A stretch of 64,000 nt of DNA from an uncultured Chlorobiaceae bacterium. Its GTDB lineage: Bacteria > Bacteroidota > Chlorobiia > Chlorobiales > Chlorobiaceae. Every line of letters begins with the position of its first letter. Position 1 is the stretch's first letter. The notes under the pieces are model-generated. The model saw only the letters and a list, made by a program, of their open reading frames with translations. It had not been told where the DNA came from and ran no database searches. Positions 9,072 to 18,683 of the stretch are shown piece after piece. Where the stretch lies: the NCBI GenBank assembly GCA_903851385.1, contig CAINOC010000036.1, positions 13,273 through 77,272 on the forward strand, read 5' to 3'. The translations under genes were made by a program, and so were the position numbers.

Positions 9072-10218
9072 TGGAAATCGTAAAATAGTGTTTCTCACTG
9101 GTACGCGTGCAGATTTTGGTAAACTCAAGCCGTTGATACAAAAAATTCAGGATGACGCTTCTTATGAGGTACATATATTTGTTACAGGTATGCATATGCT
9201 AGCTAAATATGGCTACACTTGTGAAGAAGTTGAACGAGCAGGCTTTAGAAATATTTTCAAATACATCAATCAAAATTCATCCGATGGTATGGACTATGTT
9301 CTTGCCAAAACAATTGTTGGTCTATCTGACTATGTTAGAGAAATTAACCCTGACTTGATTATTGTGCACGGTGACCGTGTTGAAGCCTTGGCAGGTGCAA
9401 CAGTTGGCGCATTGAATAATATATTGACCGCTCACATTGAGGGTGGTGAGGTTTCGGGCACTGTTGACGAAATGATAAGGCATGCAATTACAAAACTAGC
9501 ACATATTCATTTAGTATCTAATGAGCAAGCAAGGATGCGACTTGTACAACTCGGCGAGCTTGCTGATTCAATTCATGTTATTGGATCCCCGGACGTTGAT
9601 GTCATGAATTCCAATACCCTCCCGTCACTACAAGAGGTCAAACGTCACTATCAAATAAATTATATCTCTTATGCTGTGATGGCATTTCATCCTGTTACAA
9701 GTGAACGAAAAGACCTAAAACGACAAATAAGTATTATCGTTGACCAGTTGATCAAATCGCATAGAAATTATATTGTTATATATCCCAATAATGACCATGG
9801 TACAGAAGTTATTTTTGAAGAATACCAGAGAGTGATTGGTCTCCAGCGCTTTCGCTTATTTCCTTCTATGCGCTTTGAATACTTTCTTTCATTACTAAAA
9901 CATGCAGACTTTATAATCGGCAACTCCAGCGCTGGTGTTCGAGAGGCGCCTAATTTTGGGGTACCTACAATAAATTTAGGCTCTCGTCAATTTCATAGGG
10001 TTTCATGTCCTTCAGTGATGGATGTTCCTATACAATCAGAATCCGTTGAAACCGCAATTTCAGAAATAAGCTTAGTGCCTCGGCAGTCCTATAAGCTTTT
10101 CGGTAATGGTAGTAGCGCGTTGCTGTTTCATAAAATTCTCTCTACTAAAGCCTTTTGGCTAACACATACTCAAAAATATTTTGTCGATCAGAAAATATCA
10201 AAAGAATCAAAATTATAG
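9064..10218 (+). CDS. neuC: UDP-N-acetylglucosamine 2-epimerase (hydrolysing)
   Basis: TGTRADFGKLKP, VTGMH, VHGDRVE, HIEGGE.SGTVDE, GNSSAG.REAP. Confidence 0.93.
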   Translation: MIDGNRKIVFLTGTRADFGKLKPLIQKIQDDASYEVHIFVTGMHMLAKYGYTCEEVERAGFRNIFKYINQNSSDGMDYVLAKTIVGLSDYVREINPDLIIVHGDRVEALAGATVGALNNILTAHIEGGEVSGTVDEMIRHAITKLAHIHLVSNEQARMRLVQLGELADSIHVIGSPDVDVMNSNTLPSLQEVKRHYQINYISYAVMAFHPVTSERKDLKRQISIIVDQLIKSHRNYIVIYPNNDHGTEVIFEEYQRVIGLQRFRLFPSMRFEYFLSLLKHADFIIGNSSAGVREAPNFGVPTINLGSRQFHRVSCPSVMDVPIQSESVETAISEISLVPRQSYKLFGNGSSALLFHKILSTKAFWLTHTQKYFVDQKISKESKL

Positions 10219-10236
10219 CGAAAAGAGCACTCACAC

Positions 10237-11226
10237 ATGGATCATGAAAAAGTTTTAAAATTAATTGAAGAAGCTAAAGCTTTTGATGCTCAAATCGATG
10301 AGCGGATTTCCAATGGACACATACCTGATCTTCGTAATTGTAAACCATGTGATTGGTTTGAAAACAATCCATGGCGTAGGCCAGCTTATGTTGAGCTTTC
10401 ATTTGGCGAACAATTCAGTCTTATCCGCGATGCAATTAACGAACATGTTGAAAATAAGGGGAGGGAAGAAAAGGTTCGCATATTAGAAGTTGGATGTGGT
10501 CCAGGGTATCTTTCACTCGAATTGTCGCGTTCAGGATTTGATGTTACGGGATTGGATTTGAGTTCAAAATGTATTGAGGTAGCTGAGTGTTTTGCAGCCA
10601 AGGATGATGAGATAGCTGTTAGAGGCGGACTTAGATATGTTGTGGCTGATTTCTTTGATGCCCATTCATTAACAGTAGGTAGTTTTGACGCCGTTGTATT
10701 TCTTGGTTCAATGCATCATTTTAGTGATATAGCATCAGTCCTGGATCATGTCAGTGAATTATTAAAGTCTAGGGGAATAATTATAGCTCATGAACCTGTA
10801 CGCGACAGAGTAACTCATGGTAACGCAGTTTTTGTATCATTATTGCGGGTTTTATTATCTCTTCAAGGCGGTTTTTTTAAAAAATATACGATCCCTGTTG
10901 ATGCTGATGCGAGAAAGCAGGAGTTTGAGCGTCTATTCTCGGAGATGCGGTATGAGTCATCTGAGGGGGAAAATTTTCAGTCAGTTAACGATAATGAAGC
11001 AGGATACGCTGAAATGAGGCCTGCCCTTGATGCTCAGTTTGATTTGCTTGAATTCTCTTGGCGATATGCATTCTTTCATGAGTTCATCGGTGGATTAAGA
11101 TTCAATGACCATCAAAACATTGAACTTGCGTCCTACTTACGCGAAATTGATCGCGAGCTTTGTCGTCTTGGTGTGCTTTCAGCTACTGAATTTTTTTATG
11201 TTGGACGTAAATTTTCTGATAGATAA
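10237..11226 (+). CDS. Class I SAM-dependent methyltransferase
   Basis: ILEVGCGPG, VTGLDLS, FDAVVFLGSMHH. Confidence 0.85.
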   Translation: MDHEKVLKLIEEAKAFDAQIDERISNGHIPDLRNCKPCDWFENNPWRRPAYVELSFGEQFSLIRDAINEHVENKGREEKVRILEVGCGPGYLSLELSRSGFDVTGLDLSSKCIEVAECFAAKDDEIAVRGGLRYVVADFFDAHSLTVGSFDAVVFLGSMHHFSDIASVLDHVSELLKSRGIIIAHEPVRDRVTHGNAVFVSLLRVLLSLQGGFFKKYTIPVDADARKQEFERLFSEMRYESSEGENFQSVNDNEAGYAEMRPALDAQFDLLEFSWRYAFFHEFIGGLRFNDHQNIELASYLREIDRELCRLGVLSATEFFYVGRKFSDR

Positions 11227-11243
11227 AACAATAACATGTAATC

Positions 11244-12452
11244 ATGATCAAAACATATTACGGCTTGCCCGAAGAAGTTATATTTTGTAAAGACTGCGTA
11301 ATATCAAATCAGCGACCGAGTTCAACTGTAGAGTTCAAACATACAAAGAACGAAAAGAAGGATACAATTGGTTTTGCTGATGATGGAGTGTGTGATGCGT
11401 GTCATTATCAAAAAGTAAAAGCGAAGGACATTAGTTGGGAAAAACGAAATAAATCATTAATTGACTTGCTCGATAAACATCGTCGAAGTGATGGTGGGTA
11501 TGACGTAATTGTCCCTGGTAGTGGCGGTAAAGATAGTGCTTACACATCTCATATTCTTAAGTATAAGTATGGTATGAATCCGCTTACAGTAACATGGGCA
11601 CCTCACAAATATACTGAGATTGGTTGGAAAAATTTTGAGAACTGGATTCATATAGGTGGCCATGATAATATTTTATTTACTCCAAATGGTCGTTTACATC
11701 GATATTTGACTCAACAGGCATTTCTCAATCTTTTGCACCCATTTCAGCCGTTTATTGTAGGACAACGAATTATTGGGCCATTAATGGCTGCAAAATTTGG
11801 TGTAAAGTTGGTAATGTATGGAGAAAACCAAGCAGAGTATGGCAATAACCCTGATGACAACTTAACGCCAACAATGGATAAGAAATTTTTCTCAGTTAGT
11901 AATCCTGAAGACATGATTCTTGGTGGTAAGTCGGTGAAAAATATCATTGCTGAAAAACAGTTTTTGCTAAACGATTTTGCTCCTTACATCCCCCCTACAG
12001 CAGAATACCTCGAAAGTAAGGGTGTCGAAGTGCATTACCTTGGTTACTACTTAAAATGGGATCCTCAAGAGTGTTACTATTACGCCGTTGAAAATACAGG
12101 CTTTCAGGCTAACAGTGAGCGGACAGAGGGGACGTATTCAAAATATAGCAGTATAGATGATCAAATAGATATGTTTCATTACTATACGACACTTATCAAG
12201 TTTGGTATAGGCCGTGCCACATATGATGCTGCTCAAGAAATTAGAAATGGTAAGATTACGCGAGAAGAGGGTGTGAGTCTCGTCAAAAGATATGATGAAG
12301 AATTTCCGTATAAATATTTTCATGCTTTTCTCGAATATATAGATATAACTGAAGAATTATTTTACAAGACTATAGATCGGTTTCGTTCACCTCATTTGTG
12401 GAATCATGAAAATGGAGTGTGGAAATTGCGTCATGCAGTTTGGAGTATTTAA
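11244..12452 (+). CDS. N-acetyl sugar amidotransferase (WbuX/PseA/WbpG family)
   Basis: CxxC at FCKDC and CDAC; PP-loop PGSGGKDS; followed by HisF/HisH-like genes. Confidence 0.9.
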   Translation: MIKTYYGLPEEVIFCKDCVISNQRPSSTVEFKHTKNEKKDTIGFADDGVCDACHYQKVKAKDISWEKRNKSLIDLLDKHRRSDGGYDVIVPGSGGKDSAYTSHILKYKYGMNPLTVTWAPHKYTEIGWKNFENWIHIGGHDNILFTPNGRLHRYLTQQAFLNLLHPFQPFIVGQRIIGPLMAAKFGVKLVMYGENQAEYGNNPDDNLTPTMDKKFFSVSNPEDMILGGKSVKNIIAEKQFLLNDFAPYIPPTAEYLESKGVEVHYLGYYLKWDPQECYYYAVENTGFQANSERTEGTYSKYSSIDDQIDMFHYYTTLIKFGIGRATYDAAQEIRNGKITREEGVSLVKRYDEEFPYKYFHAFLEYIDITEELFYKTIDRFRSPHLWNHENGVWKLRHAVWSI

Positions 12453-12453
12453 C

Positions 12454-13224
12454 TTGAGAAATATTCGACTTATAGCGAGATTAGATGTTAAAGGTCAAAA
12501 TTTGATCAAGGGTATTCATTTGGAAGGTCTTCGAGTTATTGGATCACCTAATGAATACGCATTACGCTATTATTGTCAGGGCGCAGATGAGCTGATATAT
12601 ATGGATTGTGTTGCAAGTCTTTATGGTCGCAACCATCTGAGCGAAATAATTAGAAAGGCTGCAGAAAATATCTTTATACCGATGACTGTAGGAGGGGGAA
12701 TTCGATCAGTTGACGATGCAACTCAGATTCTTCGTGCTGGAGCAGATAAAGTTGCAGTAAATACTGCTGCAGTTTCTAACCCTCAACTTATTAGAGATAT
12801 TGCTCGATCATTTGGCAGTCAGTGTATGGTACTTTCAATTGAAGCCAAGCAGATATCTGCAAATCGCTGGGAAGTTTATACCGACAATGGGCGTGAACGC
12901 ACTGGATTAGATGTTGTTGAGTGGGTTAAGCGTGGGGTAAATTTGGGAGCTGGCGAAGTTTTGCTCACTTCCGTTGATCGAGAGGGTACCAGAAAAGGCT
13001 TCGATATAGAGCTACTTAAGGCTGTTACTGCTCAAGTTTCTGTTCCAGTAATTGCCAGCGGAGGTATGGGAAAAGCGGAGGATTTAGTAGAAGTGGTGGA
13101 GCTGGGGAGTGCTGACGCGGTTGCTATGGCTGATATTTTACATTATAAGAGATCTAATATTGTTGAAATTAGGGCTATTGCTCAAGCCGCAGGTTTGGGA
13201 GTGAGGCACTATGAGCAAGACTAA
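12454..13224 (+). CDS. HisF-like cyclase subunit of a sugar amidotransferase complex (WbuZ-like)
   Basis: RLIARLDVKG, GADELIYMD, GGGIRS, SVDREGT, ASGGMG; TTG start at 12454 after GGAG. Confidence 0.88.
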   Translation: MRNIRLIARLDVKGQNLIKGIHLEGLRVIGSPNEYALRYYCQGADELIYMDCVASLYGRNHLSEIIRKAAENIFIPMTVGGGIRSVDDATQILRAGADKVAVNTAAVSNPQLIRDIARSFGSQCMVLSIEAKQISANRWEVYTDNGRERTGLDVVEWVKRGVNLGAGEVLLTSVDREGTRKGFDIELLKAVTAQVSVPVIASGGMGKAEDLVEVVELGSADAVAMADILHYKRSNIVEIRAIAQAAGLGVRHYEQD

Positions 13225-13858
13225 AGTAACTGTGATTGATTACGGTGTTGGGAATCTCTTGAGTGTGCAGAGAGGATTTGAATATTTTGGTGCCTCTGTT
13301 ATTGTAACTGCAGATCCAAAAAAAATTCTTGAAGGGAGCCGAGTTGTGCTACCGGGAGTAGGGGCTTTTGGTAAAGCCATGCAAGCTCTTGAAGATCGAG
13401 GATTTGTTGAGACGATTCATGAGATTGTTAACCGACAAATTCCTCTCTTAGGTATTTGCTTAGGGATGCAAATGTTGTTGGATGAAAGTGAAGAGTTTGG
13501 CATAACCAAAGGACTCGGCTTAATCCCTGGTCGAGTCGTTTCTTTACCAACAGTTACATTATCGGGTGAAACACTGAAAATTCCTAATATTGGGTGGAAT
13601 TCCCTGTTACCATCTAATCAATCAAGTGATTGGAATAAAACATTGTTACAAAATATCAGTTCAGGAGATGCTGCTTATTTTGTTCACTCATTCATGGCGG
13701 TTCCCATTAATCGTTCTGATCGTATTGCGGATTATCTCTATGGTGGTCAAAAAATTTCAGCGGTAATTGGTTACAATCAAATAACAGGGTGCCAGTTTCA
13801 TCCTGAAAAGAGCGGAAAGGTTGGCTTAAAGATTCTGAAAAGATTTCTTTTACAGTAA
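13211..13858 (+). CDS. HisH-like glutamine amidotransferase (WbuY-like)
   Basis: DYGVGNL, LPGVGAF, GICLGMQ (catalytic Cys), YFVHS, QFHPEKS (His/Glu). Confidence 0.9.
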   Translation: MSKTKVTVIDYGVGNLLSVQRGFEYFGASVIVTADPKKILEGSRVVLPGVGAFGKAMQALEDRGFVETIHEIVNRQIPLLGICLGMQMLLDESEEFGITKGLGLIPGRVVSLPTVTLSGETLKIPNIGWNSLLPSNQSSDWNKTLLQNISSGDAAYFVHSFMAVPINRSDRIADYLYGGQKISAVIGYNQITGCQFHPEKSGKVGLKILKRFLLQ

Positions 13859-14186
13859 TAATATTCATAGTTACAATATTATTTCCGGGCGCGATACAAT
13901 TGCATGTCAATACTTTTGAGATATTAGACTAAGTATTGCTCAAAATATTGTAATTTAATATATGTAAGCAATCAACAAAAATTCTTTCCATAATCCATTC
14001 CGAAGACCTCAAGTATATGACTAAGAGCTTGTTCGTAAATAAGCAGAATTTTACCATAGCTACTGATTTCGTTCTTTCCACCTAGAATAAAATTATGCAA
14101 ATAAAAAATAATTGGTAAAACTGATGCTATTTTAGTAGTAAAGTGCAATTTGATTTATTTACGAATAAAAAATTAAAGATGCCTTC

Positions 14187-15194
14187 ATGGTTTTAAGTTC
14201 GTTTTTTTTATTTGTTGTCTTTATGATATTTATACTAGTGGCTGTTGGCGTATTTGATTATCTATTGTCTTTTGCGTATAGATACTTGCTTAATACAGCG
14301 AGTTATCAGAAGGCTCTTAGTATTAGATATGTTTATCAATTCATATCATTATTTAATGTTTATTATTATTTGTTTAGACCAAATAGAATAATATGTATTT
14401 TAACTGAGGGTTATACGTTGAATATTGTATCAAAAAATGTTTTACTTCGCATTATGTTTTTTGTTGGTCGAATTATTTCATATACCAATAGTGTAAGTAA
14501 GAGTCAATACATAAATTCACATATATCATTAATAAAATCAGGAAAATACCCTTTGGGTATTTATGATAATTTTTTAAATATAATTAATGGTCAAACTGTT
14601 GCTGTTGTTGGCCCTGCTTACAGCGTTAAAGAAGATGGAGCTGAGATTGACGGATATGATATTGTTATAAGGACTTCGTATGGGTTTTATAGTGAGCTTG
14701 ATCCAAAAATTTATGGAGTAAGAACCGATGTGTCTTTTTTTAATAACGAGGCATCTGATCTTTATGGTGAACAGTTCTTTGAGAAAATATCAAAAATACT
14801 TTTCATAGTATTTAAGTTAAACTTATTCCCTTTTCAAAATAATATGGTTTTAAAGAATAAAGCAAAATTCTCTGAAGATTATAAAATATTTGATCCTGGT
14901 GGAGCAAATCAAATTCCCATTATAATCCAAGACCTTTTGCATTATAATCCAAAAAAAATTAAAGTGTTTAAGTCTGATCTTTATACCAATTCTGTATTGT
15001 GTGATAATATAGATATTAAAAATAATATTATAATTCCATTGACTGTACATGATTGCTTTAGTCAAATTCTTTTTTTAAAGTTTATAAAAAAAGTGACAAA
15101 TAATATGGTTGAGTTTGATGAGATATTAGATGACCTGATAAATGATTCAGTATTCGAGTATGCGCGTAAACTTGAAAGTAATTATAAGTTATAA
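14187..15194 (+). CDS. AT-rich putative GT29-like (sialylmotif-L) glycosyltransferase
   Basis: TVAVVGPA...DGAEIDGYDIVIRT resembles sialylmotif L; N-terminal hydrophobic segment; very AT-rich (bases 14521-14580: 11 of 60 are G+C). Confidence 0.55.
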   Translation: MVLSSFFLFVVFMIFILVAVGVFDYLLSFAYRYLLNTASYQKALSIRYVYQFISLFNVYYYLFRPNRIICILTEGYTLNIVSKNVLLRIMFFVGRIISYTNSVSKSQYINSHISLIKSGKYPLGIYDNFLNIINGQTVAVVGPAYSVKEDGAEIDGYDIVIRTSYGFYSELDPKIYGVRTDVSFFNNEASDLYGEQFFEKISKILFIVFKLNLFPFQNNMVLKNKAKFSEDYKIFDPGGANQIPIIIQDLLHYNPKKIKVFKSDLYTNSVLCDNIDIKNNIIIPLTVHDCFSQILFLKFIKKVTNNMVEFDEILDDLINDSVFEYARKLESNYKL

Positions 15195-15241
15195 AAAATA
15201 GGTCATTTGTCCAATTGATTCAAAATATACATTTCCCTAAA

Positions 15242-16240
15242 ATGCTTACTAATACATCTATTCTAATAACCGGTGGCACCGGCTCTTTTGGCCAAACATT
15301 TGTTCCCCTAACCCTTGCCAAATATAACCCTCGTCGCCTTGTCATTTACTCCCGAGACGAAATGAAACAGTGGGAAATGGCCAAACTTTATGGCAACGAC
15401 CCAAGAGTACGTTTTTTCATAGGCGATGTACGCGATAAAGATCGCCTTGCCCGTGCTCTTACAGGTATTGATTATGTCGTTCACGCAGCAGCAACTAAAA
15501 TCGTTCCCACAGCCGAGTACAACCCATTTGAGTGCGTCAAAACAAATGTCATTGGAGCCATGAACCTCATTGACGCTAGTATAGATCAGGGTGTTAAACG
15601 TGTTGTGGCCCTTTCAACTGACAAGGCAAGTAGTCCGGTGAATCTTTATGGCGCAACCAAACTAACTTCCGACAAACTTTTTATAGCTGGTAATTCATAT
15701 TCAGGCACAAAAGACACTCGTTTTGCCGTTGTACGTTACGGAAACGTTATGGGCTCAAGGGGATCGGTGATCCCTTTCTTTCTTGCCCTTGCGGATCAAG
15801 GTGTTTTACCCATTACCGATGAGCGGATGACTCGCTTCATGATAACACTTGAGCAGGGAGTCGAACTTGTTTGGCATGCCTTCGAGGATACAGTTGGTGG
15901 TGAAATCTATGTTAAAAAGATTCCATCCATGACACTGGTGGATATTGCGCGTGCCGTTGCACCAGATGCGCACTATGATATAGTAGGTATTCGTCCTGGT
16001 GAAAAACTGCATGAACAGATGATTAGCTTTGAGGATGCTCCGCATACTTATGAATATACAAGCCATTACAAAATATTGCCAGCAATCCACAATTGGAGCC
16101 GTGACCCTGAGAGAATCAACGGAGGGAACCCCGTTGGTCTTGACTTTACCTACCGTTCAGACAACAACACACAATGGATGAGCATTGATGCATTACGTTC
16201 TTGGATTCAGGTGAACCGTGAACATATTGGCAAGATCTGA
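15242..16240 (+). CDS. pseB: UDP-N-acetylglucosamine 4,6-dehydratase (inverting)
   Basis: ITGGTGSFG, SRDEMKQ, HAAATKIVP.AEYNP, STDKA..P.NLYGATK, RYGNV.GSRGSV, RPGEKLHE. Confidence 0.95.
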   Translation: MLTNTSILITGGTGSFGQTFVPLTLAKYNPRRLVIYSRDEMKQWEMAKLYGNDPRVRFFIGDVRDKDRLARALTGIDYVVHAAATKIVPTAEYNPFECVKTNVIGAMNLIDASIDQGVKRVVALSTDKASSPVNLYGATKLTSDKLFIAGNSYSGTKDTRFAVVRYGNVMGSRGSVIPFFLALADQGVLPITDERMTRFMITLEQGVELVWHAFEDTVGGEIYVKKIPSMTLVDIARAVAPDAHYDIVGIRPGEKLHEQMISFEDAPHTYEYTSHYKILPAIHNWSRDPERINGGNPVGLDFTYRSDNNTQWMSIDALRSWIQVNREHIGKI

Positions 16241-16245
16241 CCACT

Positions 16246-17424
16246 ATGATTCCCTACGGACGTCAAAATATTAACCAGGCCGATATCGACGCGGTCGTTA
16301 AGGTTCTGCAGTCAGAATTTATAACCCAAGGCCCCGTTGTCCCGGCTTTCGAAAAAGTCGTTGCCAGTTATTGCAGCGCGCTGCATGCAGTAGCAGTCAA
16401 CAGTGCTACTAGCGCATTGCACATCGCATGTCTTGCCTTGGGTGTCTGTAAGGGTGATATTGTCTGGACAACGCCCATAACTTTTGTGGCCAGTGCCAAT
16501 TGTGCACTGTATTGCGGTGCAATGGTGGATTTTGTGGATATAGATCCGAAAACGTACAACCTGAGCGTTGAACGCCTAGAGGAAAAGCTTGTAAAGGCTG
16601 AAAAGGCGGGCACTTTGCCCAAAGTCGTTATTCCTGTGCATCTGTGCGGTCAACCTTGTGATATGGAAGGTATTAATTCCCTCAGTAAATACTATGGCTT
16701 TAAAATTATTGAAGATGCCTCACACGCAATTGGAGGGCGCTATAAAGATGAACCTATAGGCAACTGCCGATATAGTGACATCACTATTTTTAGCTTTCAT
16801 CCCGTCAAAATAATCACGACAGGGGAGGGTGGGATGACGTTAACCAATAACAAGCAATTGGCAAAAAGCATGCGCCTCTTGCGTTCTCATGGCATTACAA
16901 CTGATCCTGCAGATATGCATCCTCGGCCTGAGGGAGAATTTTGGAATTACCAACAGATAAATCTCGGGTATAACTACCGCATGACAGATATTCAGGCAGC
17001 GTTGGGGCTAAGTCAAATGCAACGGCTTAATGATTTTGTTTCTAAGCGTCATACTATCGCAAAGCAATACAATCAAATGTTATCTGCCCTGCCAGTAGTT
17101 CAACCTTGGCAGCATCCTGATAGCTATTCAAGCTTCCATCTTTATGTTATTCGCTTGAAACTCGATGAAATCAACAAGACACACAGGGAAGTCTATGAGA
17201 TGCTCAGGGCTGCAGGGGTACTCGTTAACCTTCATTATATACCTGTTTATCGCCAGCCATATTATGAGCAAATGGGATTTTGTGCGGGTTACTGTGCTGA
17301 AGCGGAGCAATATTATTCAGAGGCGATTAGCCTGCCTATGTATCCGGGACTTAGCGAGCTTCAGCAGGATTATGTGGTGACAGTAATTGAAAATGCGTTA
17401 AATGGTCAGGATAATCATGATTAA
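16246..17424 (+). CDS. pseC: UDP-4-amino-4,6-dideoxy-N-acetyl-beta-L-altrosamine transaminase
   Basis: MIPYGRQ, NSATSALH, EDASHA, FSFHPVKIITTGEGG (PLP Lys), GYNYRMTDIQAALG. Confidence 0.93.
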   Translation: MIPYGRQNINQADIDAVVKVLQSEFITQGPVVPAFEKVVASYCSALHAVAVNSATSALHIACLALGVCKGDIVWTTPITFVASANCALYCGAMVDFVDIDPKTYNLSVERLEEKLVKAEKAGTLPKVVIPVHLCGQPCDMEGINSLSKYYGFKIIEDASHAIGGRYKDEPIGNCRYSDITIFSFHPVKIITTGEGGMTLTNNKQLAKSMRLLRSHGITTDPADMHPRPEGEFWNYQQINLGYNYRMTDIQAALGLSQMQRLNDFVSKRHTIAKQYNQMLSALPVVQPWQHPDSYSSFHLYVIRLKLDEINKTHREVYEMLRAAGVLVNLHYIPVYRQPYYEQMGFCAGYCAEAEQYYSEAISLPMYPGLSELQQDYVVTVIENALNGQDNHD

Positions 17425-18475
17425 TAAGTTGTTAAGCAACATCCCCGGCTCAGCTGGGATGATAATTAACAGTCGTATCGGCTGTAAGGAATTATGGGAT
17501 CAGACTTTCAACAGCCTACCTTATAAGTCGGTTGCATACTCGAATACCAGCCTTGATTATCAGTTAGCATATCAGCAGGGGCATGGCGGGAGCTGGTTTG
17601 ATTTTTCGTCAGTTATTTATTCGGATAATAAACCGGTCGCTTTATGGCCTCTGACTATCTCAATAAAAGATAATGCGGCAAGATTGACATCTCAGGGTAG
17701 TCCTGTTTTGGCTCCGGTTTTTCTTGCGGATTGTCCGGCCGTGTCCCGCAAGCGGATTATAAAAATTTGCATTGAACTAGCTAATGCTCTTGCAATTGCT
17801 TATAAAATAAGCGAATGGGAAAGTGGCGAATCATTTTCCCGTTCAATCGGCATGAGCGAATGGCATATTCAATCCATGGGAAGAGACTCTCTCTGCCATG
17901 TGTTTCATGAACTTTATATTGACCTTGGGTTAGATATTGCCGAAATAAAAAGAAATTTTCGTAAAAGATTTAAATCACTTGTTGTTTCCGGTTCTAAGTT
18001 ATGGGCGGTCGGTGTTCTTGATGGCCAGAATGATGGGGAGATATGGTCAGAGTTTCGTGATTTGCACCATAAGGTCTCAGGCAGAGTCACCCGATCTGAT
18101 GAAACATGGATGATGCAATATCAGGATATTCTATTCGGGCGTGCTTTTTTGGTCTGGTTAAGAAACAGCTGTGGTGAAATGGTAGGGGGAGGACTTTTTA
18201 ACTTTACGGATGATGAGGGAGTTTATGCCGTTGGGGCATATGATCGTACCCTTTTTGATAAACCTTTGGGGCATGTTGTTCAATATAGAGCCATTGAAGA
18301 GCTGAAAAAACGCAATGTAAGCTGGTATAAAATAGGTGTTAGACCCTATGCTTCAGACAATCCAAAACCCACTGAGAAGGAAATATCAATTGGAGAGTTC
18401 AAGCAGGGTTTCTCATCCCACTGTTTTCCGCACTATCGCCTGACACACAACGTTGTTCAACAACAAGAGGCTTGA
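17417..18475 (+). CDS. FemAB-like / GNAT-fold acyl or aminoacyl transferase
   Basis: C-terminal FemAB-like block (YIDL...IKRNFRKRFKSLV; YAVGAY..., FKQGF); embedded in the pse block. Confidence 0.65.
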   Translation: MINKLLSNIPGSAGMIINSRIGCKELWDQTFNSLPYKSVAYSNTSLDYQLAYQQGHGGSWFDFSSVIYSDNKPVALWPLTISIKDNAARLTSQGSPVLAPVFLADCPAVSRKRIIKICIELANALAIAYKISEWESGESFSRSIGMSEWHIQSMGRDSLCHVFHELYIDLGLDIAEIKRNFRKRFKSLVVSGSKLWAVGVLDGQNDGEIWSEFRDLHHKVSGRVTRSDETWMMQYQDILFGRAFLVWLRNSCGEMVGGGLFNFTDDEGVYAVGAYDRTLFDKPLGHVVQYRAIEELKKRNVSWYKIGVRPYASDNPKPTEKEISIGEFKQGFSSHCFPHYRLTHNVVQQQEA

Positions 18476-18683
18476 GACTGGAGATGGGCTTACATTTTCT
18501 GTGGCCTGAACACATGAATTTGACCTGAGATTATGTTGAAAACAGTTTGGAACGAGTTGCGCCGCTGCCTGTTCACCAAGACATTTTGTCATCATTGTTA
18601 ACAAGACGTTTTATGTATTCAACAGCAAGCTGCATTACATTACTCTGAGTAACGATGCGTTTAAATATTATCGATATAGTTAG

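Noticed and set aside
12454-13858. hisF/hisH as histidine biosynthesis genes
   Set aside because: They are coupled to a WbuX-type amidotransferase in a sugar locus, with no other his genes.
14021-14040. CTAAGAGCTTGTTCGTAAAT as an IS5-type terminal repeat
   Set aside because: No partner inverted repeat or transposase remnant found; the resemblance is from memory only.
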